Shown here piece after piece: positions 48,463-58,581 of a stretch of DNA of 64,000 nucleotides (position 1 is its first letter; every line of letters begins with the position of its first letter). The stretch spans positions 36,320 through 100,319 of the forward strand of contig JABJMO010000009.1 of NCBI GenBank assembly GCA_018659375.1. The letters are read 5' to 3'. The translations under genes were made by a program, and so were the position numbers. The stretch comes from Methanobacteriota archaeon (GTDB lineage: Archaea; Thermoplasmatota; Poseidoniia; Poseidoniales; Poseidoniaceae). Under the pieces are notes generated by a model. The model was given only the letters and a program-made list of their open reading frames with translations, was not told the DNA's origin and searched no databases.

Positions 48463-48535
48463 GAGGTCTTTGAATCCAACGGATGAACTTTATTCTTACA
48501 CTCATTTCATGAACTAATACTTCGACGGTCATTTA

Positions 48536-49315
48536 ATGGCAAACCAATTGTTGTTATTTCAGTTAGCCAGTGTTTCCGCTTTAATTGGCATGACGCTTGG
48601 CTGGAGGGGAGTAATGACGCGATACTCTGGTTTCTATGATCTGCCAACTGCTTGGAGCAATGTGTTCTGGGGCATTCTTCTAGGTGGCCTTTACGCATCA
48701 CAGATACATAATAACATTATTCTGCCAAATCTTGAATTTGAAGCAACACAAGATACTGTAGTTAATCCAATTAATTTGATTTTGTACTGCTTAATAATGT
48801 CAATCATTGTTCATTTTTTACTGAGAAGAACTCGTGTCCGTTCAGGCTCATCACAAACGACCAGCGGATGGGCTCTAGGACTTGCTATCGGGGGAATGTT
48901 TGCCATGGTAGTCATATTTGCCATATTGCAGTGGTATGATTTCAGTCCGATATTAGTTATTTCTATTCTATTGATTTGTCTGCTAGCACCAAGGAGTGAA
49001 GCAATAATTACCTCATATCAAGGACATTTAATGTTAGTAGGCAAAAAGTGGGGCGCGATACTACGTGCAACTATGTGGCGTTCTGGATATGTGGTAATGT
49101 TCGCTTATGTTTTATCTGCCCCGATTGGATGGATATTTATCCTACCAGTTATGTTGATTGCTGATAGAGCGTCAGAAAACTGGATATGGGATTCAATACC
49201 AAAGGAAGGGAAAAAACAACTGCGGAAAATTTGGGCCAGACAAGCTAGAGAACGTAAATTGACCAAGATGGGTCGGAATATGAAAAACAATTTTCAAGCT
49301 AACGAAAGTGAATGA
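48536..49315 (+). CDS. hypothetical polytopic membrane protein
   Basis: 259 aa with 6-7 hydrophobic helices and a basic C-tail. Confidence 0.35.
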   Translation: MANQLLLFQLASVSALIGMTLGWRGVMTRYSGFYDLPTAWSNVFWGILLGGLYASQIHNNIILPNLEFEATQDTVVNPINLILYCLIMSIIVHFLLRRTRVRSGSSQTTSGWALGLAIGGMFAMVVIFAILQWYDFSPILVISILLICLLAPRSEAIITSYQGHLMLVGKKWGAILRATMWRSGYVVMFAYVLSAPIGWIFILPVMLIADRASENWIWDSIPKEGKKQLRKIWARQARERKLTKMGRNMKNNFQANESE

Positions 49316-49410
49316 CTACTTACTTAGTACTCTTGTCCTATGTTACGGCCATATTTGATTTTCATCCAAAATAAGGTCTTTGGTGGATATCCGCAGGCAA
49401 GCGTTATACA

Positions 49411-50991
49411 ATGCCGTCAAAGCCGGGTATCATGGGTAACTGCCCTTATTGTAGGAGTGCCACCTTACCGGGTGACACAATTTGTTATACCTGTGGCAGA
49501 GTGCTAGCCAACATAAAATCAAAACAATTTGCTGCGGAGCAACAATTCAATCAAGGTAGCATAGAGACTACTTACAAGAAAACCAAAAAACCATCAAAAT
49601 CAGGTGTTGTTGAAACCCACACAGGTCGCAGAAGGAATATTCTAAAACGAAGGAAAAATAAATTTCGCAGCGTCGTCATGTTAGGACTTGTTGCGTTCAT
49701 CATGTTATCACCCCAAGCAAGAGAACTCGTGTTCAATAAATGGGCTGGAATAAACGAATATATTCAACTTGCAGTCGCCCCATATCACTTGTATCCTGTA
49801 GACGCAACCTACACAGTTGGTAAAACAATTGATGTAGTAAATAACGGAGATACAGGATACCTAAGAGAAAATCTGGCAATCCCTCGAGATGTTTCAACTC
49901 TAAATGGTCATGAAAATATGTTTGAGTATACCAACGGTGATTCTGCTGTTGCTACTCAACAAATTCAGAAAATAAATTCCATAGCACTGATTGTCAATGG
50001 TATATCCTATGCAGTACCGTTACTTGGTGAACCTGCTAGGGACCCAAATGATAAGTTAATCACCTCAGATGGTCACGAAATTTGGTGGCCAGGTGTAGGT
50101 ATTGGCGATGATATGTGCAGCGTAGATATATGTGTTAAAATAAAATTAAATCTTGACCCTGGAGAGCAAGCATCCTTTACATTTGCCGTAACCCTAACCA
50201 GCACTTCTTATTCGTGGTGGTCTTCCTCTAGAGTAGATTCTAGAGTGGATGGGATTTCAAATGGGATTAACGTTGATCGAAGCGGTTCGTTTTCAGACAT
50301 TGTTGACCGCGGAGATGGAACCAAGGCGGCACAATTTACCACTGCTTCATGGTACAACAAAGGTAGACTAGATTACGCAATTAATGCACAAGATGCAGTG
50401 GTAGTTTCAACCGCAGAAACAATATCTGCTTCATTGCCCGAAGGGCGTTCAACAAATGCATACGCATTTGCTAGGGCTACCTTTGATTATTTACAATTGA
50501 ATGTTTTGTATGACAAGAATGCTCCAGTAGTTGCCAGAAGCGGTCCTGCTTGCTTAAGCGCTGGTGTGGGCGATTGTGATGAACAAACTAATGCTTTCTT
50601 TTCCTTACTTAGGACAAAAATGATTCCTGGTTGGTATGTCTTTGGAGCCTTGACTGATTCCACATTTACTTACTGGGAAGCCCATGCATGGGGCTACATT
50701 TTGCTGCCAATGGATGATGAATGGTGTGAAGCAAGAAATATTGTTATTGATGACTGTTATGTTGAAGGATCTGTTGATGTTGTAAATAATAAATGGCTAC
50801 TTCACACACCAACTGCATATATCGATTGGATTGAGATTGCTGATGCAAGTGGAAATTTAATTAACTCTTATTATAAGCCGGGAGTTTATAGTAATAATAT
50901 CGATAGACAGCGCTCATTTAGCACATTGGATACGCCAGATACAAATGGTGGAACATACCAAGTAAAGAAACTCCCAGAAAATTTGAGGTGA
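49411..50991 (+). CDS. membrane protein: N-terminal cytoplasmic zinc ribbon, one TM, then an extracytoplasmic transglutaminase-like cysteine-protease-fold domain
   Basis: CPYCRS...CYTCG ribbon. TM FRSVVMLGLVAFIML. Transglutaminase-core-like Cys/His/Asp context (GVGDCDEQTNAFFSLLRTKMIPGWYVFG ... EAHAWGYILLPMDDEW). Confidence 0.45.
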   Translation: MPSKPGIMGNCPYCRSATLPGDTICYTCGRVLANIKSKQFAAEQQFNQGSIETTYKKTKKPSKSGVVETHTGRRRNILKRRKNKFRSVVMLGLVAFIMLSPQARELVFNKWAGINEYIQLAVAPYHLYPVDATYTVGKTIDVVNNGDTGYLRENLAIPRDVSTLNGHENMFEYTNGDSAVATQQIQKINSIALIVNGISYAVPLLGEPARDPNDKLITSDGHEIWWPGVGIGDDMCSVDICVKIKLNLDPGEQASFTFAVTLTSTSYSWWSSSRVDSRVDGISNGINVDRSGSFSDIVDRGDGTKAAQFTTASWYNKGRLDYAINAQDAVVVSTAETISASLPEGRSTNAYAFARATFDYLQLNVLYDKNAPVVARSGPACLSAGVGDCDEQTNAFFSLLRTKMIPGWYVFGALTDSTFTYWEAHAWGYILLPMDDEWCEARNIVIDDCYVEGSVDVVNNKWLLHTPTAYIDWIEIADASGNLINSYYKPGVYSNNIDRQRSFSTLDTPDTNGGTYQVKKLPENLR

Positions 50992-50995
50992 TGGA

Positions 50996-52414
50996 TTGCG
51001 AATAATAATTGGTGGTGCAGGAAGGGTTGGAACAGAACTTGCCAGAGCACTAAGAGCCGAAGAAATGGACGTTGTGTTAGTTGATTCAGACTCAAGGGCG
51101 GTCAAGAATGCTCAAAATCTGGATGTACTAGTTATTCATGGAGATTTAACAACTAGGGAGAAATTACATGAAGCTGGAATCGGCGAGGCTGAAATATTTG
51201 TAGCAGCAACTAATTCTGATGAAAGAAATTTACTTGCGTGTGCACTTGCTGAACATGCACACTACCAATATGGTGGAGCCAAAGCAAAGCCATTATTGTC
51301 TATATCAAGAGTTAGAAGCATGAATTTTATGCAAGAACAAAAGCAAGGGCACCTTACTGGATGGGCTAAAGTAAACCATGTAGTCAATCCCCTTGAAAGT
51401 GCAATAAAACGCCTGCATACTGGTTTGCGGTCTTCATCGATAGAAGAGGTAATACCATTCGGCCATGATTCTTATATCATTGAGTTTGATGTAACTAAAA
51501 ATGCCGAAAATATCGTGTTCAAAACGCTAAAAGAAGCCAATTCTAGCATCGATGGAGAGTTGCCTCTAATTGTAGGAGTCAAACGAAGTGGTGAGAAAAG
51601 TGTGGTACCTGATGGTGATTTTATTCTAATGCCCAATGATAAAATTGCCGTAGCAACTAATGGCTTGTCTAGTTTCAATCGAATATTGAACATTTTTGGC
51701 CACGAGGCAACAGATTTCCCTATCGCTCCAAAGGTAGCCATTATCGGTGCAAATAGAATTGGTCAAATGATCGCTGAAAATTGGTTGCTCAATGATGCTA
51801 AAGTGACGGTTATTGAAAGGGACTTGCAAACTGCAAACGAGTTATCAGCAACCGATATTGGATCTCATCCCAACTTAGAAGTAATTCATGGTGATCACTT
51901 AGATCGAGACATTCTAACCGAGGTAGGAATACCAGAACATCATATCGCTATTGCTGCTTTAGAGTCCGACCATGACAGTATCGCAGCGGCATTACTTGCT
52001 AGTGACATGGGTGTTAATCGAACTGGGTTGTTGCTTTATGATGCTGATTTGGTCAAAGTTACTCAAAGAATGGGAATTACCTTTGCAGTTGACAGAAAGA
52101 GGGTAGCTGTAGACAATATCCTAGCCCACATACACACCAAGGCTGCTGGTGCTTATGCTGTTTTGTCAAATGTGCCAAACATTGTTGGAATAAGTATGAA
52201 AGTCGATGTGAAGCATAAATTTTCAAACATGCGAATATCAGAGGCGGGTTTTACTGATTGGATGAGAATCGCATTTATTCAACGAAGAACTGTAGACGGT
52301 AATTGGGAAAATTTACGACCTGCACCAGATAAAGTACTGCTACCAGAGGATAATCTGATAATTTTCACCAGACCTGACAGAGTAGCAGAACTTGAAAAGA
52401 AATTCCAGGTGTAA
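50996..52414 (+). CDS. trkA: Trk potassium-uptake system NAD-binding subunit TrkA (two RCK modules)
   Basis: TTG start read as MRIIIGGAGRVG (Rossmann GxGxxG). GAGGTGA Shine-Dalgarno-like element 5-10 nt upstream. Second RCK-N at VAIIGANRIGQ. Confidence 0.8.
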   Translation: MRIIIGGAGRVGTELARALRAEEMDVVLVDSDSRAVKNAQNLDVLVIHGDLTTREKLHEAGIGEAEIFVAATNSDERNLLACALAEHAHYQYGGAKAKPLLSISRVRSMNFMQEQKQGHLTGWAKVNHVVNPLESAIKRLHTGLRSSSIEEVIPFGHDSYIIEFDVTKNAENIVFKTLKEANSSIDGELPLIVGVKRSGEKSVVPDGDFILMPNDKIAVATNGLSSFNRILNIFGHEATDFPIAPKVAIIGANRIGQMIAENWLLNDAKVTVIERDLQTANELSATDIGSHPNLEVIHGDHLDRDILTEVGIPEHHIAIAALESDHDSIAAALLASDMGVNRTGLLLYDADLVKVTQRMGITFAVDRKRVAVDNILAHIHTKAAGAYAVLSNVPNIVGISMKVDVKHKFSNMRISEAGFTDWMRIAFIQRRTVDGNWENLRPAPDKVLLPEDNLIIFTRPDRVAELEKKFQV

Positions 52415-52416
52415 AC

Positions 52417-54030
52417 ATGCGTTTCGATGTATTGAGCCTAATTCTTGGCTGGACACTAATTGTGATAAGCATACCACTAGTGATTTGTGGGATTATTACA
52501 GTTTGGTTAGATGACCTGGAGATGGCATTAAGGGCATTTTTAATTCCATTGATACTATCACCTTTGATTGGATTTTTGATGCTTAAGTTCGGCACAAGAA
52601 GTGATACCGCAGAACGATTAAGAGACAGAGAGGCGTTTGCTGCAGTTGCGTTAATTTATCCGATTGTCGTGTTCATTGGTTTGTTTCCTTACTGGCTAGG
52701 CGGAGTATTTGTGGGGCCATTTGCGGCTGATGCTGCTCTAATTGATATGGTAAGAGGAGCGGTCAACTCATGGTTTGAGTCAATGTCTGGATTTACCACC
52801 ACTGGCGCTACAGTTATTTCTCATGATATGAGTCCAAACTGTATCCCTGAGCAAACTGCTGATTGTATCAATGCGCAACCAAGAGGAATCCTGCTGTGGC
52901 GGTCGTTAACCCAATGGCTAGGTGGCATGGGGATAATTATGCTAGGAATGATGATTCTTTCACGAGTAATGGGTGGAGGAATGGCTCTGGCTCGAGCTGA
53001 ATTAACTGGCCCTTCCCTATCGCGTTTGAGACCTAAAGTTAAAGAAACTGCGTTCACATTGTGGAAAATATACATTGGTTTTACTTTCATCGAAATATTT
53101 CTACTTGGCACTTTTGGTGGGATGTCATTATTTGATTCGGTCAATCATGGCTTTACAACTATGGCAACTGGAGGATTTTCAACTAGAGATGCCAGCATTG
53201 GATATTACGATTCTTTAGCTGTTGAAGCGATAATAATAACATTCATGTTTATTGGAGGCGTCAACTTCACGTTAATTTGGTTTTTACTGGCCAGAGAGTA
53301 CGTCAAAGCATTCAAAGATGAAGAATTTAAAACATACTTAGTGTATTTATTTGTAGCCGTTTCTGTCATGATGGTTGCACTAGTAACGACAAACGTCAAT
53401 CTAGGAGATTCATTCCGGCAGAGTTTATTCCAGACCATATCAATTGGGACATCTACCGGTTATACAACACAAGATTACATGGCTTGGCCAGCGGTAACAC
53501 AATTCATTTTGATGATCTTAATGATTGTTGGTGCTTGTGCAGGTTCCATTAGTGGTGGATTAAAATTAATGAGAATCATACTAGCATTCAAGGTGGCTAT
53601 GAGAGAATTAGTAAGAATTGCACAGCCAAGGAAAATTAAACAAATCCGGATGAATGGTGGAGTTGTTGAACCTCAACAAATTGACAAGATTGTTGGAATG
53701 TTGTTTGTTTGGATTGGTTTGTTTGGTATTTCCAGTATTTTACTTTCAATTCTAATGTATGATGAAACATTTGAAAGCATCATTGGAATTACAGCATCTT
53801 CACTTGGAAATACAGGTACTGCATTAGGTGATTATGGACCCAGTAGCACATGGTCACCGTTAAACTCCGGTGTACTAATTTTAACTTCTATTTTGATGTG
53901 GTTTGGCAGATTAGAATTATTGACGGTAATTATATTACTTCATCCAAAAACCTGGCAGGATGAGCATAAGGAACATAATGACAGATCTGCGATGGCATTA
54001 TTTCGCAAGTTAATACCTGGACGAAAATGA
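52417..54030 (+). CDS. trkH: Trk potassium-uptake system membrane subunit TrkH
   Basis: 537 aa with the TrkH/KtrB family pattern (selectivity-filter-like GFTTTGAT, GFSTRD, GTSTGYTT). Confidence 0.8.
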   Translation: MRFDVLSLILGWTLIVISIPLVICGIITVWLDDLEMALRAFLIPLILSPLIGFLMLKFGTRSDTAERLRDREAFAAVALIYPIVVFIGLFPYWLGGVFVGPFAADAALIDMVRGAVNSWFESMSGFTTTGATVISHDMSPNCIPEQTADCINAQPRGILLWRSLTQWLGGMGIIMLGMMILSRVMGGGMALARAELTGPSLSRLRPKVKETAFTLWKIYIGFTFIEIFLLGTFGGMSLFDSVNHGFTTMATGGFSTRDASIGYYDSLAVEAIIITFMFIGGVNFTLIWFLLAREYVKAFKDEEFKTYLVYLFVAVSVMMVALVTTNVNLGDSFRQSLFQTISIGTSTGYTTQDYMAWPAVTQFILMILMIVGACAGSISGGLKLMRIILAFKVAMRELVRIAQPRKIKQIRMNGGVVEPQQIDKIVGMLFVWIGLFGISSILLSILMYDETFESIIGITASSLGNTGTALGDYGPSSTWSPLNSGVLILTSILMWFGRLELLTVIILLHPKTWQDEHKEHNDRSAMALFRKLIPGRK

Positions 54031-54034
54031 TCAG

Positions 54035-55558
54035 TTAAAATAGTGTTCTTTGCCCTTGGTTGGCTTTTTCTTCGGTCACTTTTTCTATCAATTGACTTTC
54101 GGATTCTTCATCATTTACGATAATTGGGGAAGTTATAGTACGTTCAGATTCTATTAGATTATATCGTGCAACTAATTCTTTAGTCGACTTTCTTGATTTT
54201 GTTAAGCCACACAAAGCCGCATGCTCATCACCTGTCAATCCTAGACTCATAGAAATTGAAAAATCTTCAATATTTCCAAGAGATGATGTTTCAGAATGAA
54301 GGGTTGATAGTATAGGTAGTAATTCATCTCTTACAGTTGATTTACTGGCGCCAGAGATTTCAGCCAACCTGTTGACTACTGTGGTTCGAGTTGTCAACCC
54401 AGACCGACGTAAGAAATTTGGATAACCAGGGTATAGTTTACCTTGATTGGTTTGTTGATTTACCACGGAAGCAGCCAAACCGGAAATTTGAGAACTCCAA
54501 TACCAAGAACGATGTGCGGTGTTTTCATACATAGCCATGAGCATTTTCGAAGAAGTACATAGAGCTTTATTGCCTCGATTTATCGCAGCCTTGTTGGTGA
54601 AAATCGATGGATTATTCCAATGTATCCAGTTTAGCAGATCTGAAGGGGATTTGTCAATTGAAACACCTAATTTTATGGCATCTATTGCTTGATTAGTTTT
54701 GTAGAGTTGTGCAAGACCAGGAAATACTTCAATGGAGACATCCCGTTCGCCAGAATTGATGAAATTACTAACTGAATCTTCATCGATAGATTTGGTGTTT
54801 GAAGAACATATTACTTGTAAATCTCTTACCAAGGCTCTTAAATCTCCTGGATTATTATTCACAATCAATTCGATTGCTTCAATATTATATGAGACACCCT
54901 CTGATTTCAGCACACGCCGAGCAATATTGCGTAAGGCCTCCTTACTGGCTCGTTCGAAATTAATTGTCACTAATAGTCTTTGAAAACGTTCCCTTGTAGA
55001 GCGCCAATTCGAAGATTTACCCCACAGCCCCATTACTTCATTACAAGCAAGAATTACGGGTTGTTTGGTATTTTTCAATAAATTCAATAACTCCGCTTTT
55101 CCACCTGTATCACCAGATAAATTATGATTTTCTGTAGACTCGGAATTGAAGGTTATGGCTTTATTTATCCTATTTTCACTAACTGCTCTCAAACCACCAG
55201 AAAGATGGTCAACCTCATCTATTAGAATCAAAGTCCTTTTCGGTTCTTCATTAGGATCGTAGAACAAAGAACGATGGGTAGCACCCTTTGTAGCCGCCTT
55301 TCTAATCGAAGCGGCATTACGAGCGTCTGATGCATTGAGTTCAATGACATTCCACCCCATATCTTGAGCAATTGCCCTCGCGACTGAGGTTTTCCCAACA
55401 CCTGGAGGGCCAACTAACAATATCGCTTTATTTTTGGGAGAACCATTTTTCCAATCATCTAACCATTTTCTAATTTTTTGTCTTTGTGACTCATTACCTT
55501 CTAAGTGACTTTCGGAAGAAGGTCTGTGCCTCTCTGTCCAATCACTTATTTTTGCCAT
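54035..55558 (-). CDS. rfcL: replication factor C large subunit
   Basis: AAA+ Walker A LLVGPPGVGKTS, Walker B LILIDEVD. 507 aa with an acidic C-terminal region. Confidence 0.75.
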   Translation of the reverse strand: MAKISDWTERHRPSSESHLEGNESQRQKIRKWLDDWKNGSPKNKAILLVGPPGVGKTSVARAIAQDMGWNVIELNASDARNAASIRKAATKGATHRSLFYDPNEEPKRTLILIDEVDHLSGGLRAVSENRINKAITFNSESTENHNLSGDTGGKAELLNLLKNTKQPVILACNEVMGLWGKSSNWRSTRERFQRLLVTINFERASKEALRNIARRVLKSEGVSYNIEAIELIVNNNPGDLRALVRDLQVICSSNTKSIDEDSVSNFINSGERDVSIEVFPGLAQLYKTNQAIDAIKLGVSIDKSPSDLLNWIHWNNPSIFTNKAAINRGNKALCTSSKMLMAMYENTAHRSWYWSSQISGLAASVVNQQTNQGKLYPGYPNFLRRSGLTTRTTVVNRLAEISGASKSTVRDELLPILSTLHSETSSLGNIEDFSISMSLGLTGDEHAALCGLTKSRKSTKELVARYNLIESERTITSPIIVNDEESESQLIEKVTEEKANQGQRTLF

Positions 55559-55623
55559 GTAGCGTGCATTAGTTGAAGGTTATTCAATATTGATGAATAA
55601 CTTGCTGAGAAATATTTATTTTA

Positions 55624-57321
55624 TCACAATTCATCAATGTGCACTCTAGTTTGTGTCCCTGTGTTGCGTTCTCTTACAGTTACTGTATTGTCTTCTAAGG
55701 ATTGATGGTCGATGGTAACACATATTGGTACACCAATTTCATCGGCTCTTGCATATCTTCGACCAATCGAACCACTAGAATCATAACTAGAAACTATTCC
55801 ACGCTTACTGTTAAATTTGTGATTTACCGTTTTAGCAAGTTCACCCATTCCATCTTTTTCAAATAATGGAAATACACAATAATCGATAGGAACTACATTT
55901 GGACTCAATTTCATCATCGTGTAACTGTCCTCTTGTTTTGTCGTTTCGGTATATGCGTGGTCAAGAACATGCCATATAATGCGGTCAATTCCAAATGCTG
56001 GTTCAACTACGTGAGGAATAAACCATTCACCGGTTAAAGTTTCAGTTTTTTGTAAACGCTTAACATGAGTTGATTCAACAGAAACTATTTGTTCATCAAT
56101 ATTTAGAGAAATTGGGAAATCTGTTGCTAATGGTAATTGTTCTACTGCCGTTTTTACTTTTCCTGCAAGTGATCTAAAGGCTGGCCCAGCAATGGAACCA
56201 TCAATAGTCCAACCATCGATTACAATTTCTTGAGGTATGGTAAATTCTCGACGGGCTCTCAGAGTTTTACCGGTGTATTTTTCATGTGATTCAAGGTCAT
56301 AACAACCACGGTGAGCAATCCCTACGCACTCAATCCAGCCATACGAACCCTCAATTTCAGCGTCCCAGCAGTCTGTGGCATAATGAGCCATCTCTTTCGA
56401 CTCATGTTGTCTAAATCTTATCTTATCAGCATTAATTCCAACAGCGACCAAGAAATCATGGGTCATTGCCATGAAATAGCCAACCGTAGGATGCCTAACT
56501 ATTCCTTTGGAAACAGCTTCTCTGATTGTCATTTTAATTCGCCCGTTATCTTCGCTTAGCAATTCAAAACTAAGTTTATCCCACTGGCCAAAATCATGTG
56601 TTATATCGGTTTCAGGATCGATGAAATATTCTAATTCAGCCATATTAAATTCTCTCAGACGTATCATTCCTTGTCGTGGAGAAATCTCATTCCTGTAGCC
56701 TTTACCAACTTGTACTGCTCCAAAAGGTAGTTTCTCCCTAAAATGTCTATACAAACTAGTGAAAGATGTGAACATACCTTGGGCTGTTTCTGGTCGCAAG
56801 AATCCTGGTCGACCTGAATTCCCTGCTCCAATTGTTGTATTGAACATCAAATTTTGTGCGACTACTTTACTCCATTCGCTAGTAGAGCAACTTGGGCATG
56901 GTGGCTGGATTTTTTCCAATAATGTATCCAGTTCATTAGAACTCAAAGAATCGGGGTTAGGATGGTCTTGTTCTAACAATGTGTCAGCCCTGCTCACCTC
57001 TTGACAAGAAAGGCATGTAGTCATGAAATCAGAGAATTCCCCTACGTGTCCGCTTGCTTCCAATACCTCGTATGGAGTGATTGTTGGAGATGATATTTCC
57101 ACTATGTTACCCAAAGATGTCCAATGTTCTAACCATAGTTGATTGACTCGATTTTTTAATCTTCCACCATTTGGACCAAAGTCGTAAAGACCCTTTGCTC
57201 CACCATGAATCTCGAAAGCCGGTAGAATAAATCCTCTTCTCTTAAGCATGCCAGACATCCGTTCCAGTCTGCTATTAACTTCATTAGACATGTTCAACCC
57301 CAACCACTCGTAGAGAGTCAT
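55624..57321 (-). CDS. glyS: glycyl-tRNA synthetase (alpha2, archaeal/eukaryotic type)
   Basis: 565 aa. N-terminus KRRGFILPAFEIHGGAKGLYDFGPNG is typical of class II GlyRS. Confidence 0.8.
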   Translation of the reverse strand: MTLYEWLGLNMSNEVNSRLERMSGMLKRRGFILPAFEIHGGAKGLYDFGPNGGRLKNRVNQLWLEHWTSLGNIVEISSPTITPYEVLEASGHVGEFSDFMTTCLSCQEVSRADTLLEQDHPNPDSLSSNELDTLLEKIQPPCPSCSTSEWSKVVAQNLMFNTTIGAGNSGRPGFLRPETAQGMFTSFTSLYRHFREKLPFGAVQVGKGYRNEISPRQGMIRLREFNMAELEYFIDPETDITHDFGQWDKLSFELLSEDNGRIKMTIREAVSKGIVRHPTVGYFMAMTHDFLVAVGINADKIRFRQHESKEMAHYATDCWDAEIEGSYGWIECVGIAHRGCYDLESHEKYTGKTLRARREFTIPQEIVIDGWTIDGSIAGPAFRSLAGKVKTAVEQLPLATDFPISLNIDEQIVSVESTHVKRLQKTETLTGEWFIPHVVEPAFGIDRIIWHVLDHAYTETTKQEDSYTMMKLSPNVVPIDYCVFPLFEKDGMGELAKTVNHKFNSKRGIVSSYDSSGSIGRRYARADEIGVPICVTIDHQSLEDNTVTVRERNTGTQTRVHIDEL

Positions 57322-57400
57322 ACCTTTGAAATTGACCGTTGTTTAACCAAGAATATGTACCAATACGCATGGTTAAGAATACCAAGGCGCACGCCATAAC

Positions 57401-58501
57401 ATGGGACAAAGTTATGATTATGATGTAATCGTAATTGGAGGAGGTCCTGCAGGTAGTACCGTAGCACGATATGCTGCAAAAGCAGGAATACGTGTATTAG
57501 TTTTAGATGCCCGTAGTTCAATTGGCACCCCACTTCAATGCGGTGAATTAGTTCCGACCAACGATGAAATGCGTAGATTATGCCCAGATGTTCCCGATAT
57601 GGATGATTTATTCCAGACTCCAGAAAACGCAATATCTCGTAGATGTGACACCATGAATATTATCACACCATCAGGGAAATCATTGTCCTATAATTTTGAA
57701 GGTCTTATTCTAAACCGAGTAGCACATGATGAACAATTAGTGTTAATGGCAAAACAAGCAGGGGCTAAATATTTAGTAAATTCATATGTCAAAGAGATTG
57801 ATGAAAATACTGTAACTTTAAGAAATGGAGATTCTATCACGGCAAAGGTAATTGTTGGAGCAGGAGGTCATAAGGATCCTGTTAGGAGAAAGTTTTGGTC
57901 GGAAAAATCAATAAATATACCTGTCAAATTCCAGTTGAAAGATGGCGATTATGGCGATGCTGTTGAGTTACATTTCGGCTCAATGGCACCTGGCGGATAT
58001 GCTTGGATGTTCCCCAAATCCTCTGGCGCGAACATTGGCATAGGGATTCAAAAGAGTTTTGCTAAAGGCGTTCCATTCAACAAATATGCTGCTGATTTTA
58101 TTGACCAGTACGATGGTGAAACTACATTCAAAGGTGCTGGCGCCCTACCAATGTCTGGAACTATCAAAACATTTGTCAAAGGCAATTACCTCTTGGTTGG
58201 AGATTCGGCTGGAATGGTACTACCCTCCAACGGTGCAGGAATCACCATTGCCATGATCGGTGGAAGAATCGCTGGCCAGGTAATAGCCGATCACATTACT
58301 AACGATGTCGAGTTAACTAATTATGAAAAAATTTGGAAAAAACAAATGGGTAAAGTCATGAAAAATTCAAAACGTTCTTTCAAGATTGGTAGTATAATGT
58401 TTAGGATGCCTGACAAATTACTAGATTTATTCTTTAACAGATTGACCAAAGCTATTGTATGGCGAGCAGTGACCTGTCGCAGAATGTTTTTCATCTTTTA
58501 A
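57401..58501 (+). CDS. FAD-dependent geranylgeranyl-reductase-family oxidoreductase
   Basis: YDVIVIGGGPAGS dinucleotide-binding motif. 366 aa. Family assignment comes from the overall pattern. Confidence 0.6.
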   Translation: MGQSYDYDVIVIGGGPAGSTVARYAAKAGIRVLVLDARSSIGTPLQCGELVPTNDEMRRLCPDVPDMDDLFQTPENAISRRCDTMNIITPSGKSLSYNFEGLILNRVAHDEQLVLMAKQAGAKYLVNSYVKEIDENTVTLRNGDSITAKVIVGAGGHKDPVRRKFWSEKSINIPVKFQLKDGDYGDAVELHFGSMAPGGYAWMFPKSSGANIGIGIQKSFAKGVPFNKYAADFIDQYDGETTFKGAGALPMSGTIKTFVKGNYLLVGDSAGMVLPSNGAGITIAMIGGRIAGQVIADHITNDVELTNYEKIWKKQMGKVMKNSKRSFKIGSIMFRMPDKLLDLFFNRLTKAIVWRAVTCRRMFFIF

Positions 58502-58537
58502 TCCACGACAAGGATTGGTCATGCTGCCGCATGCAAT

Positions 58538-58549
58538 TTGATAATTAAA
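58538..58549 (+). promoter_or_regulatory. TATA-box-like TTGATAATTAAA about 30-40 nt upstream of the GTG start of lhr
   Basis: The only AT-rich box in the 80-nt spacer. Consistent with a leaderless or near-leaderless transcript that begins close to GTG 58582. Confidence 0.3.
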
Positions 58550-58581
58550 GGCGAAGTTTTCAAGTAGTTGTTGCATTCACT

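Noticed and set aside
47726-48517. 263-aa plus-strand ORF opposite arsA
   Set aside because: Antisense to the conserved ArsA/Get3 ATPase. Ser/Pro-rich low-complexity translation.
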